Below are positions 36,956 through 50,812 of a stretch of DNA of 64,000 bases, one piece after another. The DNA lies in assembly GCA_013239625.1 (NCBI GenBank), contig MU053645.1, positions 186,001 to 250,000 on the forward strand. The letters are read 5' to 3'. A program made the position numbers and the translations under genes. Numbering within the stretch: position 1 is the stretch's first letter; each line of letters starts with the position of its first letter. Below the pieces are notes generated by a model that was not told the origin of the DNA, ran no database searches, and saw only the letters and a list, made by a program, of their open reading frames with translations. The DNA is from Lama guanicoe. Its lineage: Eukaryota.

Positions 36956-38549
36956 TCTATAGTGTAAATACGTCCATTTAAAATGCAAACTTATCTGGAG
37001 AAGTCTGGATTTTTGATATTAAGATTTGTGATATAGTAAACAACATCTCTGGTTAAAACAGAGTGAGAATATTTAGGTTCAAAGATCAGTAGATCAGGGT
37101 GAGCATACTTAGAAAAAGTTTCATTAAGCGAACACTCAGGTCCCTGTTTATTGTTCTTGAGTGCTTGGATTTTAAAGATAAATAGTACTATCCCTCTTTT
37201 ATTTGTATCCTTGAGATATATGTGTATAGCCAAAGTATTGACACAACAACTCCAAAAAGCATGTATTTGAAAATACTGCTATCTTTTGAGAATATTATAC
37301 TGGAACACACCCAACAATTTGTGTCTGCATCTTCTGACACTCTTGTACTCTTGTAGTTTATTATCTTTCTGTAGGAAACCATTTTCTCTTAAGTCTTTTG
37401 GTATGTTATTAGGCTAAGAAGTTTGGGAGAATGTTTGAGATTTTCAGGCAAATTTGTAGCAAGGAGTTTTGATTTCCTGCATGATGAAGTATGCAATCCC
37501 ACGAGAACTTCAAATCATCTATGTGGCGTATACAACAAAAAAAATAGTATATACAACAAATGTAGCATATACAACAAAAAACAGGATGGCTCTGGGAAAA
37601 AAAATCCCTAAAGTTTCTCTTCATATAGACTTATTTATCACAAGATAATATTTCTGCATGAGGGGACACTATTATTTAAAAGAATTCTGCCATTATCTGA
37701 GTCTCCTAAGAAGAAGAGTGGGATTTTAAAATTTAGGTCTTCAAATATCTGATTTTCATACAGTACACATTTATATCCGTTTAATTATTAACATTTTAAT
37801 AAAATCTATATACTAATTTTTGCAAATGACTTGGGGCATTTGCCCTTGTTTAACTTACTTGGATTGCTAATGCCAGACTTTATGTCCCAAGGCACAAATT
37901 TTGATTTTATTTATACTAATATTTCACAAATCTACTCATTTAACTCTCTCAAAAGCACATCATAAAACACTTGTTTGAAATCCCTGTTTGTGAAGTTATT
38001 TTCTATGATTTTACTGATTAATTTTTCATGTATGTTGAGTAAAAACATCAATTTGTAAAATTTAGGGATATTTATGAGATACTGTATATATCTTACTTTG
38101 GGGAGGTGAAATAACAAACTGATAAATAAAACACATGCCCACAACTACTCCATCTAATATCTCAATATTCTAAAGATTGCCTACAAATTTTAGCCTGCTG
38201 GAACGGCCTCTCTTAAGTTCTTTTACCATATTTTTTTTCCCTTTACCATATTTTTCACACATGGTATAGAAACTAAAGTTGACACCGCCTCCCCCCCCAC
38301 TGCCTCCTAGACATATTCTTAATGACTACCCAACTGAAAGAAGAAACTTCAGAAGAATTACTTTCCATTTCTCAAAGGTCATTACAGACCACCCAATTGC
38401 CAAATCCAATAGCCTCTTGCTCTTAATCCTACTTGGCCTCCCTTACACTATTGATTCATTCCTTCTTGAAATTCTTTCTTGACTTCTACAATATAAACAA
38501 TTAAACATTAACTCTGTTTTGACTGTTTAAACTTTGTGCTTTGAATCAC

Positions 38550-38644
38550 CTGATGCTGCTGGGCAATTTTGAGGATTTTGCGAACTCCTTTGTCTGATGT
38601 CAATGGGCTTCTGAGCTTGTTCCAAAAGAGACGGCTGAGGAACA
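38550..38644 (-). CDS. NRK: NRK exon ~16 (VPQPSLLEQAQKPIDIRQRSSQNPQNCPAAS)
   Basis: ttcattag acceptor, G|gtgatt donor, 95 nt. Confidence 0.92.
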
Positions 38645-40308
38645 CTAATGAAAAGACAGAAAAGCATGTGCCATGGCCTAATATTCATAAAGGGAATGTA
38701 CAACTCAATATCAAGACCAAAAAAAGTTTTAAATATATGGGTATATATCAAACTGAAAAGAAGTAGAGCTTAAGTGATACTTTCCAATTTTCCGAAACCT
38801 GCTATTTTATCTATCCAGAACAGAGAAACAATTTCCAAAATACAAAAAAAAGTCTCCATATAAGTATATGTTTCCTTTACATGTCATATTTATTTCTAAC
38901 ATTCCTATAAACTTTCTTTAAGCTAATATTCAGACATTATTATTACCTGGTTAACACAGTAATAAACATAATTCTATAGTGTATGTGAGGATTTTCACAT
39001 GATCAAAAGGCTAAGTTCTTGTTACATCAAATATTCCACTATTATCATCCTGATTTCAAATGTTTGGAATTCGTGCTTTTTAATGTCCTGTTTCTGATTT
39101 TGATAGATGGCTGAATAAATAGATAGGACAGTATAGTATTAACTATTCAAATTGAGGGAATACTTAGAAAGTTTCTTTGGACCAGTGCTGCAAAACTTTA
39201 TAGTTCCTTTGGAATTTCTATATAGGAAGGACTTTGGTTATTGATTTAGGCCTGGAACAGACAAGTCTTTTCTATGACCCCAAATTTAAGGAAAGACTCA
39301 AGTTTCATTTAATTTTATAAATGTAACCATATTTAAAGTAAACATATTTGCTCTTCATAAATTCAAGAATCCTTTGCAACATGAACAACCAATTCCAGTT
39401 TAACAGCAATACTGATTTTTATATGCCCTGTGTTTAACAGTTATATTGATATTGTGTACCAGTAAATCTAAGGACATAAATACATGCTTTCTTTTTTTAA
39501 AAAATAATAAGATAGAAAATACATACTACATATTATCAACTCTATGCTATCTGACCATACTTTCCAGAATCTTGAATATAGTAAGTACTTAATAAATATT
39601 CACTGGATGACTGAGTGAATGAATATAGGCTAAGTCCTCTCCATTATGAGTTGGAGTTTGAGGGGGTACGATTTTCAAGGAATATCTACATTTAAATTTA
39701 GCTTTAAAATATAAGCCATTGTATACAAAATCTAAAATATGAAACATGATCTTTGAAAGTACTGAAGATCACCAATATTGCAGAGTTTAAAAATATAGGG
39801 ACTGGTATAAAATATTAATATAATATTGAATTTTAGATTTGATTTTTCCTATCAGTTGTTTCAGGCTTGCCCATTCTGTGGCATTAGCTTCAGAGGTCAG
39901 AAATTCTCTGTGTGTGTTTCATCTCTGTGTGTGAATATGATGTATTACATGATAAAACATGTATTTGAAGTGTCCATGATACACATGAAATTCTCTATCT
40001 TTTTATCATAAATTACTAATTGAAAGCTATCAAAGAATTTATTTTGTTTCTTTCATTAAATTGTGATTCTTACCAGCTATTATCGAACTAAATAACACTG
40101 AGATTGCCATATGTCCAAATGTAAAGATCTAGTTAATGGATTGTTGCAGTTTTAAGGTTTCAAATGTGGGCCAATGATACACTGATAACTATGTTATCAT
40201 TAATATTTTAGTTTTGACTTCACATAGAACTTACTGTCAAATAAATAAGCTTTAATTTTGTGATAGTAAGTTGTGAGCAATTTGAATATAGAAATCAGAG
40301 ATACATAC

Positions 40309-40376
40309 CTCAAAGAGAACTTGACATGATGTACACGATCCTGGTTATAAGGCACAGAAGCAGATTTCTCTTGGAC
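40309..40376 (-). CDS. NRK: NRK exon ~15 (VQEKSASVPYNQDRVHHVKFSL)
   Basis: tttcag acceptor, AG|gtatgt donor, 68 nt. Confidence 0.92.
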
Positions 40377-42399
40377 CTGAAAGACACAATGCAATACTTC
40401 GGTAGAATTCTCAACCATAAATTCTTTTGAGTTATTAATTCATGGAAAAATGTTATTCTTCACATATTTTCTTAAAAATACAACTTATAAAGCCTGATTT
40501 TCATAAATAGATCATATTTTCATGCTTATAGTATAACATTAAAACTGCTTAACCATAATTTCTGATGGTATCCTTGAATTTTAGTATAATAACAGATTCT
40601 GGAGATCATACAATCAAACACTCTCATTTTATTATTGAGGAATCTGCAGAGATGGAAAATGAATTTTCTAAGAATTTTACATCAAGCCAAAGAATATCTT
40701 TAATTAGAATGTAGGTCTCCCATTTTCTAATTTAATCTTCTTTTTATGTTTTCATATTACTTTTTATATCAAGTTCAAAATTCTCACTCAGAATTTAAAT
40801 TCAAACTTCTCACTTACTCGCCCTTTTAAGCTAATGCTAGATTTTCAAAACTTGTAACACACACAAACACAGTATTAAAATCTATGAAGAGTCTAAAGTG
40901 TTCCATCTTTAAGAAAGTATGATTTTTTGCCCTTTATAACTTGACTGTAATATTATAATCAGTGTTTCAAATGTTTTTTCAATTCTAAATAAATTTGTAT
41001 TTTATTAATTATTCAGCCATCTAATACAGCAAAAGACATGAGAAAGAACACATATAACGAGCCAGCTTCCATCAGTGGCACAGACTTACCTTCTGCAAAC
41101 ATTAGTAGATAGGCCCATAGAGTGTTGCTTTGCCTCATTTAATTTTATATCACTAGGTTTCTACTCAAAATAATTTGTAGCTACCCCCAAAATAGGTCAT
41201 TCTGGCACTCAGCAAGGCAGTCACACTAGATTCTTTAGAAAGCCAAATTCAACATTTTACAACAAAAAATTAGCATTTTCATGCTGATAAAATCATGCTA
41301 TAGTTTCTAGAAACTATACTACCCTTACTATGTGCTTTTTTCCTCTTATGCAGTGACTTATCAAGATTGTCTTTACGCTCCAACAGATAGGTAAGAAATG
41401 AAAAATGTTGTCAATCGTTCACATGTTTTGCTAATAAATGTTTCCAAATACAACCAGATGTTTGGCAGTACGCAGGATAAGCAACTGACTGACTTTTTCC
41501 ACTTTTGATTCAGATAACTGGCATCATACTGACACAGTCTAAGCCTCTTGGTTCATAAAGCTGATCTTATTTAGAATGTTTATTGAAACTAGTAAACCAG
41601 AGGTAACATTATTCAGAAGACATAAAGGCGAAAAACAAGAAAGGCTAATGCTTAATATGAATTGACTGTATTTGGTCTGAAAAATGGGGAGAAGAAAATG
41701 ATTAGTAATAAAAGCATACACTAAGGCAAATGATACATTCCAAACCAATCAGACACAACTCACTATATTTTGGGTTTAAGATACCATGCTTAAGGTAATA
41801 ATTATTATCTGAGAGTAAGAGCCAAATCATCATTTAATAAGGCAGAGAAGGAGATATATTGCTTCTTGTAATTAAATAATATAATCCAGCATATGTTCCT
41901 TCTGCCAGTGGTTAGTGTTTATAAAGCAATACTCTGTTATTCACTTGAGAGGACTGTTAGTATTGGAAGGAACATATTCAAAAAGGATGATTGTCCATGA
42001 AATACACCATAATAGACTACTGTGAAGCATGTCGAAGGAGGAAATATAGTGATCTGGGGCCCTTGTGCTGATGAAGACAATGAGACTCCTACTTCACTAT
42101 CAGTAAGGCAAGAATTTCTGAGTTCTCCACCTATCCACCTAGCCACAGTTAGTGTCCAAGAAATTTTTAGATAGCTAGATGTTCAGAATGCTGTCTATAA
42201 TGAAACTGTCTTGACTATACAGGAATTGAAACTTCCACTGGAGCCTCATCAATACCAATATGTTAAATAGCTATTAATAAACTCATGAAAACAAAAGTCA
42301 ACCTGGACACCAGGACTGACTTGATTATTCCCATAAATGTAAGAAAATAAATGACAGATTAAATGGCTCAGACCCAGCCAAACTACATTCCAGAACAGA

Positions 42400-43320
42400 G
42401 ACGATCAAGGGAAAAGGTATGTGTGATTGTGTTACAAGCTGAGCTACCACATTTTTCATGGGCAATAAATTTACTTAAAAGAATGACTGACAAGACAAAC
42501 TGATTATTCAATTTGGGTATCTGGCAGGCATTTTATTTAAAATCAATGAAGTAAGCCTGTCAATTCAAGGAAAAACAAGTGACGTTATTTGTTAGCAACA
42601 ATAAAATTGAGCTTTCAAGTGAAAATTAAAATTTTAAACTCATATCTAACACTGTGCACTTAGCTTATCAACACTTAATAAGTTGTTATGATGAAATTGA
42701 TACTGATATTTACAAATGCCACTTTTGATATTGTATAATGTGTAAACATTTGGAAAGATCTACATACACAGTGAACCAATATTTTCCAACTGACCAATGC
42801 ATGAAGATACAAAATCGTGTATGAGCTAAACATCTATTCACAGCACGCAACAGACTTACAGATTTTAATATTACTGAATATACAAAATTCCACTGATATG
42901 GTTTTAGACTCCACTACTCTATTTTTGGTGCATTAACAAAGAATATCCATAATGATTTGAAAAATTCATCAAAACTCTCCCTTTCCAATTATCTATAGGT
43001 GAGAAACCAGCTTTTTTTTTTTACTTATGTACTTCAACCTAAACAACATATGGCAGCAGACTGAATGCAGAAGCAGATGAGAATCCAGCTGTTTTTCATT
43101 AATCAAGATGGAAATTAATTATTTTTCATCAGAATTTGTTTCTTATATTAACATCTAATAGTTTTATTACTTTTTAAATGAAGTAATAGATATTTAATTA
43201 TTTTGGTTTTAATTTCTGACATACATTGAATGACACAATCCAAGTAAACAAAAGATTTTTAGTCATCAATGTTTAAGAGTATAAAGAGATTCTGAGACCA
43301 GAAGGTTTAAGAACCAGTGT
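42400..43320 (+). mobile_element. Charlie1-like hAT DNA transposon, 3' part with decayed transposase
   Basis: aatgaagtaagcctgtcaattcaaggaaaaaca; gactgaatgcagaagcagatgagaatccagctg; end ctgagaccagaaggtttaagaaccagtg. Confidence 0.75.
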
Positions 43321-43366
43321 TCTAGGCACTTACTAGTGTCACAGCAACTCATATTGAGAAACTTAC

Positions 43367-43474
43367 CTCATTTTCTTTAGGATTTGGAATGTATGGTTGC
43401 AATGGTTCTATTTGGACTTCAGCCTGAATTGAATGAAATACTTCATCATTGTCTGATGATTCATCTTCTTTGTC
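43367..43474 (-). CDS. NRK: NRK exon ~14 (DKEDESSDNDEVFHSIQAEVQIEPLQPYIPNPKENE)
   Basis: tttcaaag acceptor, GAG|gtaagt donor, 108 nt. Confidence 0.94.
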
Positions 43475-43593
43475 CTTTGAAACAGAAAGAAAAATAAATA
43501 TTTTACTTATTAAAATGGAAATAAGAGCAACTCCCACCATTTTAATATTCAATTTAAAAAATAATTTTCAAATATTCAAATTGACCTAGGTCT

Positions 43594-43763
43594 GCAGTTT
43601 CTAATAGTTTTTGGTTCTGGATCCTTTTTAGAATCTGAAGGATGCTATAGATTTTCCATAAAAAAACTGCATGTAGACAGACATAAATGTCCCCACATAT
43701 ATTTTCAGGGGGACCCTTGACCACCTAGAGTTCATCCATTAGACCCATGTTAAAAACCTTTGG
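43594..43763. mobile_element. Degraded hAT-type MITE (MER class)
   Basis: ggatcctttttagaatctgaaggatgctataga...gacccatgttaaaaacctttg with imperfect terminal inverted repeats. Confidence 0.55.
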
Positions 43764-45580
43764 TCTAAAGCTTAACTTATAACCCCAAACTGTTGCATCT
43801 AGTAAATGGTTATAACTACAAAGTTTGATCCTTCTGTTCAATGGAAGATCAGTAATACAGTGGTGCAAATAGTTCTGCTTGAGTCCTAGGAGTTAAGGAA
43901 AGTTTCTGTTTTCCCATTTAAGCCAATCAGTATTATTCCTTCAATTCAAAGAGAATAATGGAAATGTGTTTTCTTTCCTTCTGGTGAGTTGAAGTAGTCA
44001 CATATGTCTTTAAACTCTAATAAATTCCCAGGTATTTCAAAAGACCTGTCACTTTGAACACAACATCAAAAATTGCCTTTTTATTTATGTTTTCCTTTAA
44101 GAGTTACACATAAAGATAGGAATGCCTGTACAAGATCCTAGGGTCATGGGATTGGTAACTATTATTCACTGATCTTTTTCTCCCATTTTAGAATGGCTTC
44201 TCACATGTATATATTTAAAACACTGAATGACAATAAGTATGTGCTATGCTACTAATACTATAAGTCCTGCAGGGATGCATAAAAGTCTTTTTCAAAAATG
44301 CAAAACCCATTAGATCCAATTGTTACTTGGACTCATTGAGAATAATTATTAGCATTTTAGATGCCCTAATGTCAGGCAAATATCACCATTCCAGACTCGT
44401 GCCACCCCTTCTCTATCCGGTTTCTTTTGTTTCTTATCTGCCAGTTTTTTGAGGGGGACTAGACATTCATTTCCCCTTTTGGGCCTTTGTTCTCTTGTTG
44501 CTTTCACCTTCTCTCACATTAAACATGTCAGGGAAATAGCATTTGCTCAATTAACTCAATGAATGCAAACCAAAATACTCCCTTATCCAGACATTTAGAC
44601 AAGGTTCATTTGTAATAACTACATTAATTATTATTAGATAAATGGATGTTGATACCAAGGTTTAATTTAGGATCCACACAGGATTCCTTTTATATAAATG
44701 GATGCTGTGAACTATTAGAAAACAACTGCTCTCCTAGTCTTTTTGACCTCTTTAATTTGCTTATGAAACCCACAAAACCTTCAGCGTCAGATTAGATTTG
44801 CCAGATTGAATCCATCAACTCTAGCCAAATTATATCCACTTAAATTAGAGAATTTTGAAAGAATAAAGTTTTATTGACTAAACGAACATAAGATGAAGAG
44901 TAACATATTGCTCCCCACATTTCAAAAGAGTGCAGAGACGAATTTGTAACTTGTATCATGTTCTATGCAGATACTTCATTGATTAATTATGTAAAATGGG
45001 TGGAAAATTAGTGAGACACGTCATACATATGGTAACCATATACAAAATGTTTTAGAAACTGCTTTTCCTTCTCATTTTAACATTAACTTAAACATCTTGA
45101 AGTACAAAAATTATTGTAGTTCTCTTGATAAATACAGTTCAACATTCTATGGGAAGAAAGAGCAAATAAACTTACAGGCTAGAGGAACAAAACTAAATTT
45201 GTTTTTGTGTTTCTTTTAATGAGTTATATTTGAAATTTTGATCTTTGACAGTAATTTTTAAAGATCCAAAATAGTAACTTTAAATGTGCATATGGTGTCC
45301 CTTTGTTAGTTAAGGGAATAATGGGTAGAAAATAAACTAATAAAGCTATAACTTTACAGAGATATTAAGCAATTACCTGGATCATTTTTGTTTCTCAGAT
45401 TTAGTCATAATTATCTGGAAATTTCAGGATAATTTATTTGAAGCAGAAATTATTTAGTTAATCTTCTCTGGGACACAACGAATACTTATTTCATTTGGTT
45501 TTATAAGGGGAACACATGAGTATGAACTAGCTTATTTTCTCTGCATATCTGGCACAGTTAAAACTATCAGGAACTCTTAC

Positions 45581-46736
45581 ATTTGCAACTTGTCTCAATT
45601 CTTCCTCGTGCTGATTAAAGATATCCTCCCATCTGCGTTGGTGCCTTCGCCTGCAGGCTTCTAAATCTGAAAGTTCAAACTCTTCCGGTCTCCGTGACAA
45701 CTTTGCCCGGAACCTCTTTGGTGACAGTCTTTTTGCCAATGCCTGCCTTAGACTAGAAACTTTTGATTTTTTCTTCCGTGCTTGTTCTGGTTGAGAGTAA
45801 AACATGTCTGATGACAGGTTTTCCATCAGGGTTTGCAGTGGACCAAGTGGCTTTGAACTATGTGAATTTGGTGCTCGAAGTAAGTCTCTTGACAGTCCCT
45901 CTATCAGTGCTTGAACCGAGCCAGCCGCCTGCGTGGGCCCTAGTGCCCAGGCCTGCACCTGAGGTGACCCTTCGATTGGCTCCTCTACCGGAATGAGCAC
46001 CTGAGTATCCAAATGTAGTGGCAGCAGCACGTGGTGGTTCTGAGACAGTAGGGGCAGGAACACCTGCGCGTGCACTCGTAATGACTCGGGCTCCTCTGCC
46101 TCAGTCTCCGCCTGCATAGGCTCAGCAGCCTGTTCCTGCACCTCTGGCTGTTCAGGTCCCCGGTTCTGCTCCAGCTGCTGTTCAGGTACCTGGTTCTGCC
46201 TCTGCTGTTGTTCAGGGACCTGGCCCTGCCTTTGTTGTTGGTTAGGGACCTGATCTTGGCCCTGAAATTCCTCTGGTACCTGGTCCAGATCCTGTGGCTC
46301 TTTTGATGCCTGAGGTTGGGCCTGAGCCTGCTGCTCTTTGGGAACCTGTAGAGGCCTGGGGACCTTAACCTGAGCCTGTAGTGGCATAAGCATCCAGCCT
46401 GCCCTCCGCAGTCGTGGAGGTGCCTTCATCTGCATCTGCAGGGGCCTCGATGCCTTAGCCTTAACCTGAGCCTGTAGTGGCATGAACACCCGAGCTGCCC
46501 CCTGTAGTCGCTGAGGTGCCTGGGCTTGCCCCTGCAGAGGCCTAGGTGTGCTGTCCTGAGCCTGCAGTGGCATGAACACCCTGGCTGCTCCCTGTAGATG
46601 CTGAAGTGCCTGAACCTGTGGCTCTTCTCGATCAGGTAACCACCGTGGCTGAGATGGTTCTCCATGCAGGACTCTGAGTGGTCTGCACCTACTGCTGGTA
46701 GGCAGTCTCAAAAGCTCATGGGTACAAGAAGGTCCC
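45581..46736 (-). CDS. NRK: NRK exon ~13, large Q/P-rich linker exon (GPSCTHELLRLPTSS...FNQHEEELRQVAN)
   Basis: Lies within the 412-aa ORF 45527-46765; tttttag acceptor, AAT|gtaaga donor, 1156 nt, GC-rich relative to introns. Confidence 0.96.
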
Positions 46737-47147
46737 CTAAAAATAAACATATAAATGATTGCCATACAATTAGAATTGTCAGTAAAGTGAAGTCATTCAG
46801 GGGAAGTGCTTTTATTTTAAAAGATGAACATTTTCGGTAGTAAAGATATTTTCAGGAAATCTTTCTTGAATCATTCCTGTAATGTCTGAAAGAGTCTTTG
46901 CATTACTCATATATCCAGTATCAATGGTCTGATAATCTACTTGATCATTCTATTGCCAGATTTAAGGACTCTTTGAGTAGTAATAAAAAATTTTTCCTTA
47001 ACATTTCTACTCAAATCTCTTTTGAAAATAGAGATCTGTTTTTATTTTATTAGAAAGGATAAAGTTTTTCTGAGTGAAATGCAACAGTATGGAATCAGCC
47101 ATCTTACATGAATTGCTAACATGAAATTATGTATTTGTCTAACGCAC

Positions 47148-47211
47148 CTGAATCTTCTCATGGTGTACTGCTCCTTAATAGCTTCTTCTCTTTCAAAGAT
47201 CAGAGGTATTC
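47148..47211 (-). CDS. NRK: NRK exon ~12 (IPLIFEREEAIKEQYTMRRF)
   Basis: T-tract then aaaag acceptor, AG|gtgcgt donor, 64 nt, bridges phases 1 and 2. Confidence 0.9.
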
Positions 47212-48785
47212 CTTTTTATGAAATAGAAAAAAATACATAACAATCAGCAGAGATAAATGTAATCCACCTTAGTCATTTGTACTTTTTAATGTTCAGGATG
47301 CTGAGTGAGTTGACAAGGACAAGAGGACTGTAACTCTTCAAATCACACCTAATTGGTGATGTAGAAAATATCCTATTTTCTAGGCCCACTTTGGCAGCAT
47401 GGTGCAGCTATTCCATAGAGATTAATTTCTATTGCCGCGGGAAGGAAAATTTAGCGGTCTGATTACCGCAATTCTAAACAGAAAAAATTGAGAAAGGCAA
47501 AGGGAGAAAGGGCCAAGAGAAACTAGATGGTTGGTGAGCATGGCTTATGGGTGTGTGCTCTGGATGTAAGAAGTTTATGGCTTGGGCCCACACCTATCTT
47601 TGGTTCCTTCAGTGAGAATCTTTGAAAATGAGGGACAGGATCTTTGGTTCTTTTAATGAGAAGGTAGAAAATCTAAATTCTGGGCTTTACACTTAACACA
47701 TTGAAATTTTTTGCTTCCTTCCTGTCAGCTGTGCTGTAGTGAAATATAGAAGCTTATAAACAAAAGAGTTTTCTTTTGAATTTCCTATATTAAAGAGTTT
47801 AGGACAACTATATTTACATCTTTCATGTAATCTCCATATAAATGTGACTTTTCCTGCAGGTTATATTCTGGAAATCTTGTAACTCTGAAATTAGTGAATC
47901 CTCAAGTAGATGTGGGTCTTCCTGTATCCATTTGAGACTGGCTAGCTTCTGTGGCGCTAGCCCAATAAATTCCTTCTGTGTCTCACTCCAAAATCAGACA
48001 TGTATGGTTATGTAGATGGAAGAGGCTCTGCTGCAATCAATCCTGTAGCGAATCTGAGAATGCCTGCTATTTTTTTTCAGGTTCCCCCTTTTCCCACTCC
48101 ATCACCACTCTCATCCCTGCCTATGGTGCCTCAAATTAAATGTGGAATATGAATACAACTTGTAAAGTTAGAACCTCCTAGTAGTTTCATCTGGATTTGA
48201 TGAACACCCATCTTGCAATTTTTGGCATTAATATCCAGAAGCTTACTCTGATTTGAATATATTTGTTCCTTTAATTACATCTTAGAGTTAGAGATTTATA
48301 CATAAAATCATCTTTGTATGGTGCATAGATATCACTTCAAAATTAGGAGCTAATAAATGGTTAGTTACAAATACATTTATCTCATTGGAGTGAGTTAACA
48401 CACAAGCTGGAATAGAACAGTGAAGATATTGATTTTGTTATCTTTTTCTTTATTTTATTTTTTAGTGAGGAATTTTCTTAAAATAAAACTGGCACACCAC
48501 AAAATTCTTCTTGTGGCTTTCCAAGTCTTTGAAAATATGAACACTTGCCAGTTGTAACTGGCAACCATTTATAATCTTATATATATATATATAGATGACC
48601 ATGCAAGAGACAGTGAATTAAATACACACGGCATATTATTGGAAAAACTAAATATCAAAGGCCTCAGAACTTTTACTTTCAACCTAGTTCTTAAACAAAT
48701 ATTAATTTTCCTGAAGAAATAAATGAATAAATTTTGCTCTCATTTGAATATTCATTCCAGTAAAATGCCGATTCACATAGTCTAC

Positions 48786-48961
48786 CTTTTTTCTGTCTCT
48801 TTTTAATGATTCCAGTAAGATGCTTCTTTAATGACTCAACAACATGTCCTTCATTTTTTATATTTCGAACAAATGGGTGATGAAGCATGTTTGCAGAAGT
48901 AGGACGAAATAGGAAATTTTTTATCATACACTTTTCCATGAAATTATGGAACTTGCGGGAC
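48786..48961 (-). CDS. NRK: NRK exon ~11, end of kinase domain (SRKFHNFMEKCMIKNFLFRPTSANMLHHPFVRNIK...IIKKRQKK)
   Basis: ttttag acceptor, G|gtagac donor, 176 nt. Confidence 0.94.
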
Positions 48962-50018
48962 CTAAAAGAAATGAGTCAAATAGATAAAAGAGCATTCTCA
49001 GGCCTGCCACACCTCCTCCCACCTCCACCCACATGCCATTCTGATCGTATTTTTGAAGAGAGTTGCCTCTAGCTGTAATTGTCTTTTCAATTGCCAAATA
49101 TGCTGCAGCTTGACAGTATACATTACACCACAATGCCATTTAAACCTTAGAAGAGGTCAGAGTCAATGGCAACTTCTACCCAAATAATAGTAGAAACTTC
49201 AGTGAGTTCAGAAGTATGTACACAGTAAAACATCAAGTGGTGGAAGGCAATTAAGTGGATACTGTGATTCATGTAGACCATGAGACCAGATTGGTCAGAT
49301 CACAGTAGTCATACTTTGAAGCCTGAGTGTTTCACTTGACTATACACACTTTGGGCTATAAAAGTGTAATGATCCAAAAAAGGGTGTTAACAACACCAGG
49401 ACTAACTAATCTTATAAAATGGCCCATGAAAACAGATGTGACCAGGGAGTCTGAATATGTAGGAAGATTTTAATTTAATCACAAGGAAGAATGTCAGCTA
49501 TCAAACCATAGTCACCACTTCTACAAGGGCAAACAATAACAAAAATAAGAAGAGCTTCAGGTACTAGACAACAAAGCTTCAGCAAGAAAGTTTCCCTAGT
49601 TGGGCTGTAGCACTCTGAGAGAACAAATCCTCTTCTCTAAGTCTGTGGATGTTTACTTTAACAGGTCAAATGACCGAGCTATATATCACAACCACTGACT
49701 GCCCACCTAGGCTCAGTGAAGAACTTTACAAATGGGTTTCCATTGGTCCATCCCATTACTGGAGATATAACTGAATATGCCATTAATGCCAAGGTAGCAA
49801 TGTCATCATAATATACTATGGAGGGTATTATTTCTAGTTGGCTAGCCAGCTCTTAAAGAACACTATTCATTTAAGACCCCCTTACTTAAGGTATTGGTTT
49901 TTAGGAATTATCATCCAACAAGGGTGTTGAAGCAGGATTGACCAAATGAATTAAAACTTCTTTGCTAAATAAAAATGTCAAGTTAATGTATTTAAGAGAT
50001 TAAGTCGTTCATCTTTAC

Positions 50019-50097
50019 CATCCGCTGGATTTGACTTTGGGAGCAGATTCTCGCAAAATAACAAAGAGGGCTTCCAAAGGCTGAAGGTTACACAGGG
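50019..50097 (-). CDS. NRK: NRK exon ~10 (LCNLQPLEALFVILRESAPKVKSSG)
   Basis: tttgcag acceptor, TG|gtaaag donor, 79 nt, phase fits both neighbours. Confidence 0.94.
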
Positions 50098-50579
50098 CTG
50101 CAAAGGAAAATGGGTAAGTTCAGAATGAGTAATAAGGGTAAGTACAGAACATACTCCTTTTTCTAGAGGGGATTCTCATATCAGTATTCTTTCACAAATC
50201 ATGTTGAATTAATAGACACAAAAGAGTGGAGTTAGAGGAAAAGCTGCTTTTTTAACACAAACAGTCCTTTATATAAGATCATAAAGCTTAACTATTGCCA
50301 GGTGTGACAAATAATAATAAATTACACTAGATAAATTATTTGAAATGTGTGATTGATGATTTGAATCTTGAGAAGAAAACTACACAAATGGAAAGAAGCA
50401 CCATTCTGTGTTTTTGCATTGCAGATATCTATAGTTGTAAAACTGGAACATGTAATTATAGGATGAAAAAGTCGACCAGAGTAGTAACTAAGCACAACAA
50501 TATATAAACAATGTTTAGTAGTCTAAAAAGATGAAAATAATCTCTTTTAGAAACTGACAGTCCTAGGAAAGAGGTAGAT

Positions 50580-50812
50580 ATAGTGCAACTGTCAAAAACA
50601 CACTCTCGAGAGTAAGATCACCTGGGTTCAAATCCTAATTCTGCCTTTGTGACCTGGGAAAATTACTTAGCCTTTCTGTGCCTCAGTTTCTTCATCTAAA
50701 AACAGGCAATATATCAAGAATTCCTTCAAAGAGTTGTTGTGAGAATTAAATGGCAACCTACATATAAAAGTGTCTGGCACAGAATAGGCACTTAATAAAT
50801 ATTAGCTATTGA
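50580..50812 (+). mobile_element. MIR SINE, near full length
   Basis: cctgggttcaaatcct...gtgacctgggaaaattactta...tctgtgcctcagtttcttcatct...tctggcacagaataggcacttaataaatattagctatt. Confidence 0.9.

Noticed and set aside
38527..38549. Read-through of the exon ~16 donor to a nearby stop (GDSKHKV*), suggesting a CNH-less isoform
   Set aside because: Short intronic read-through stops are expected by chance; no convincing linked polyA signal identified.
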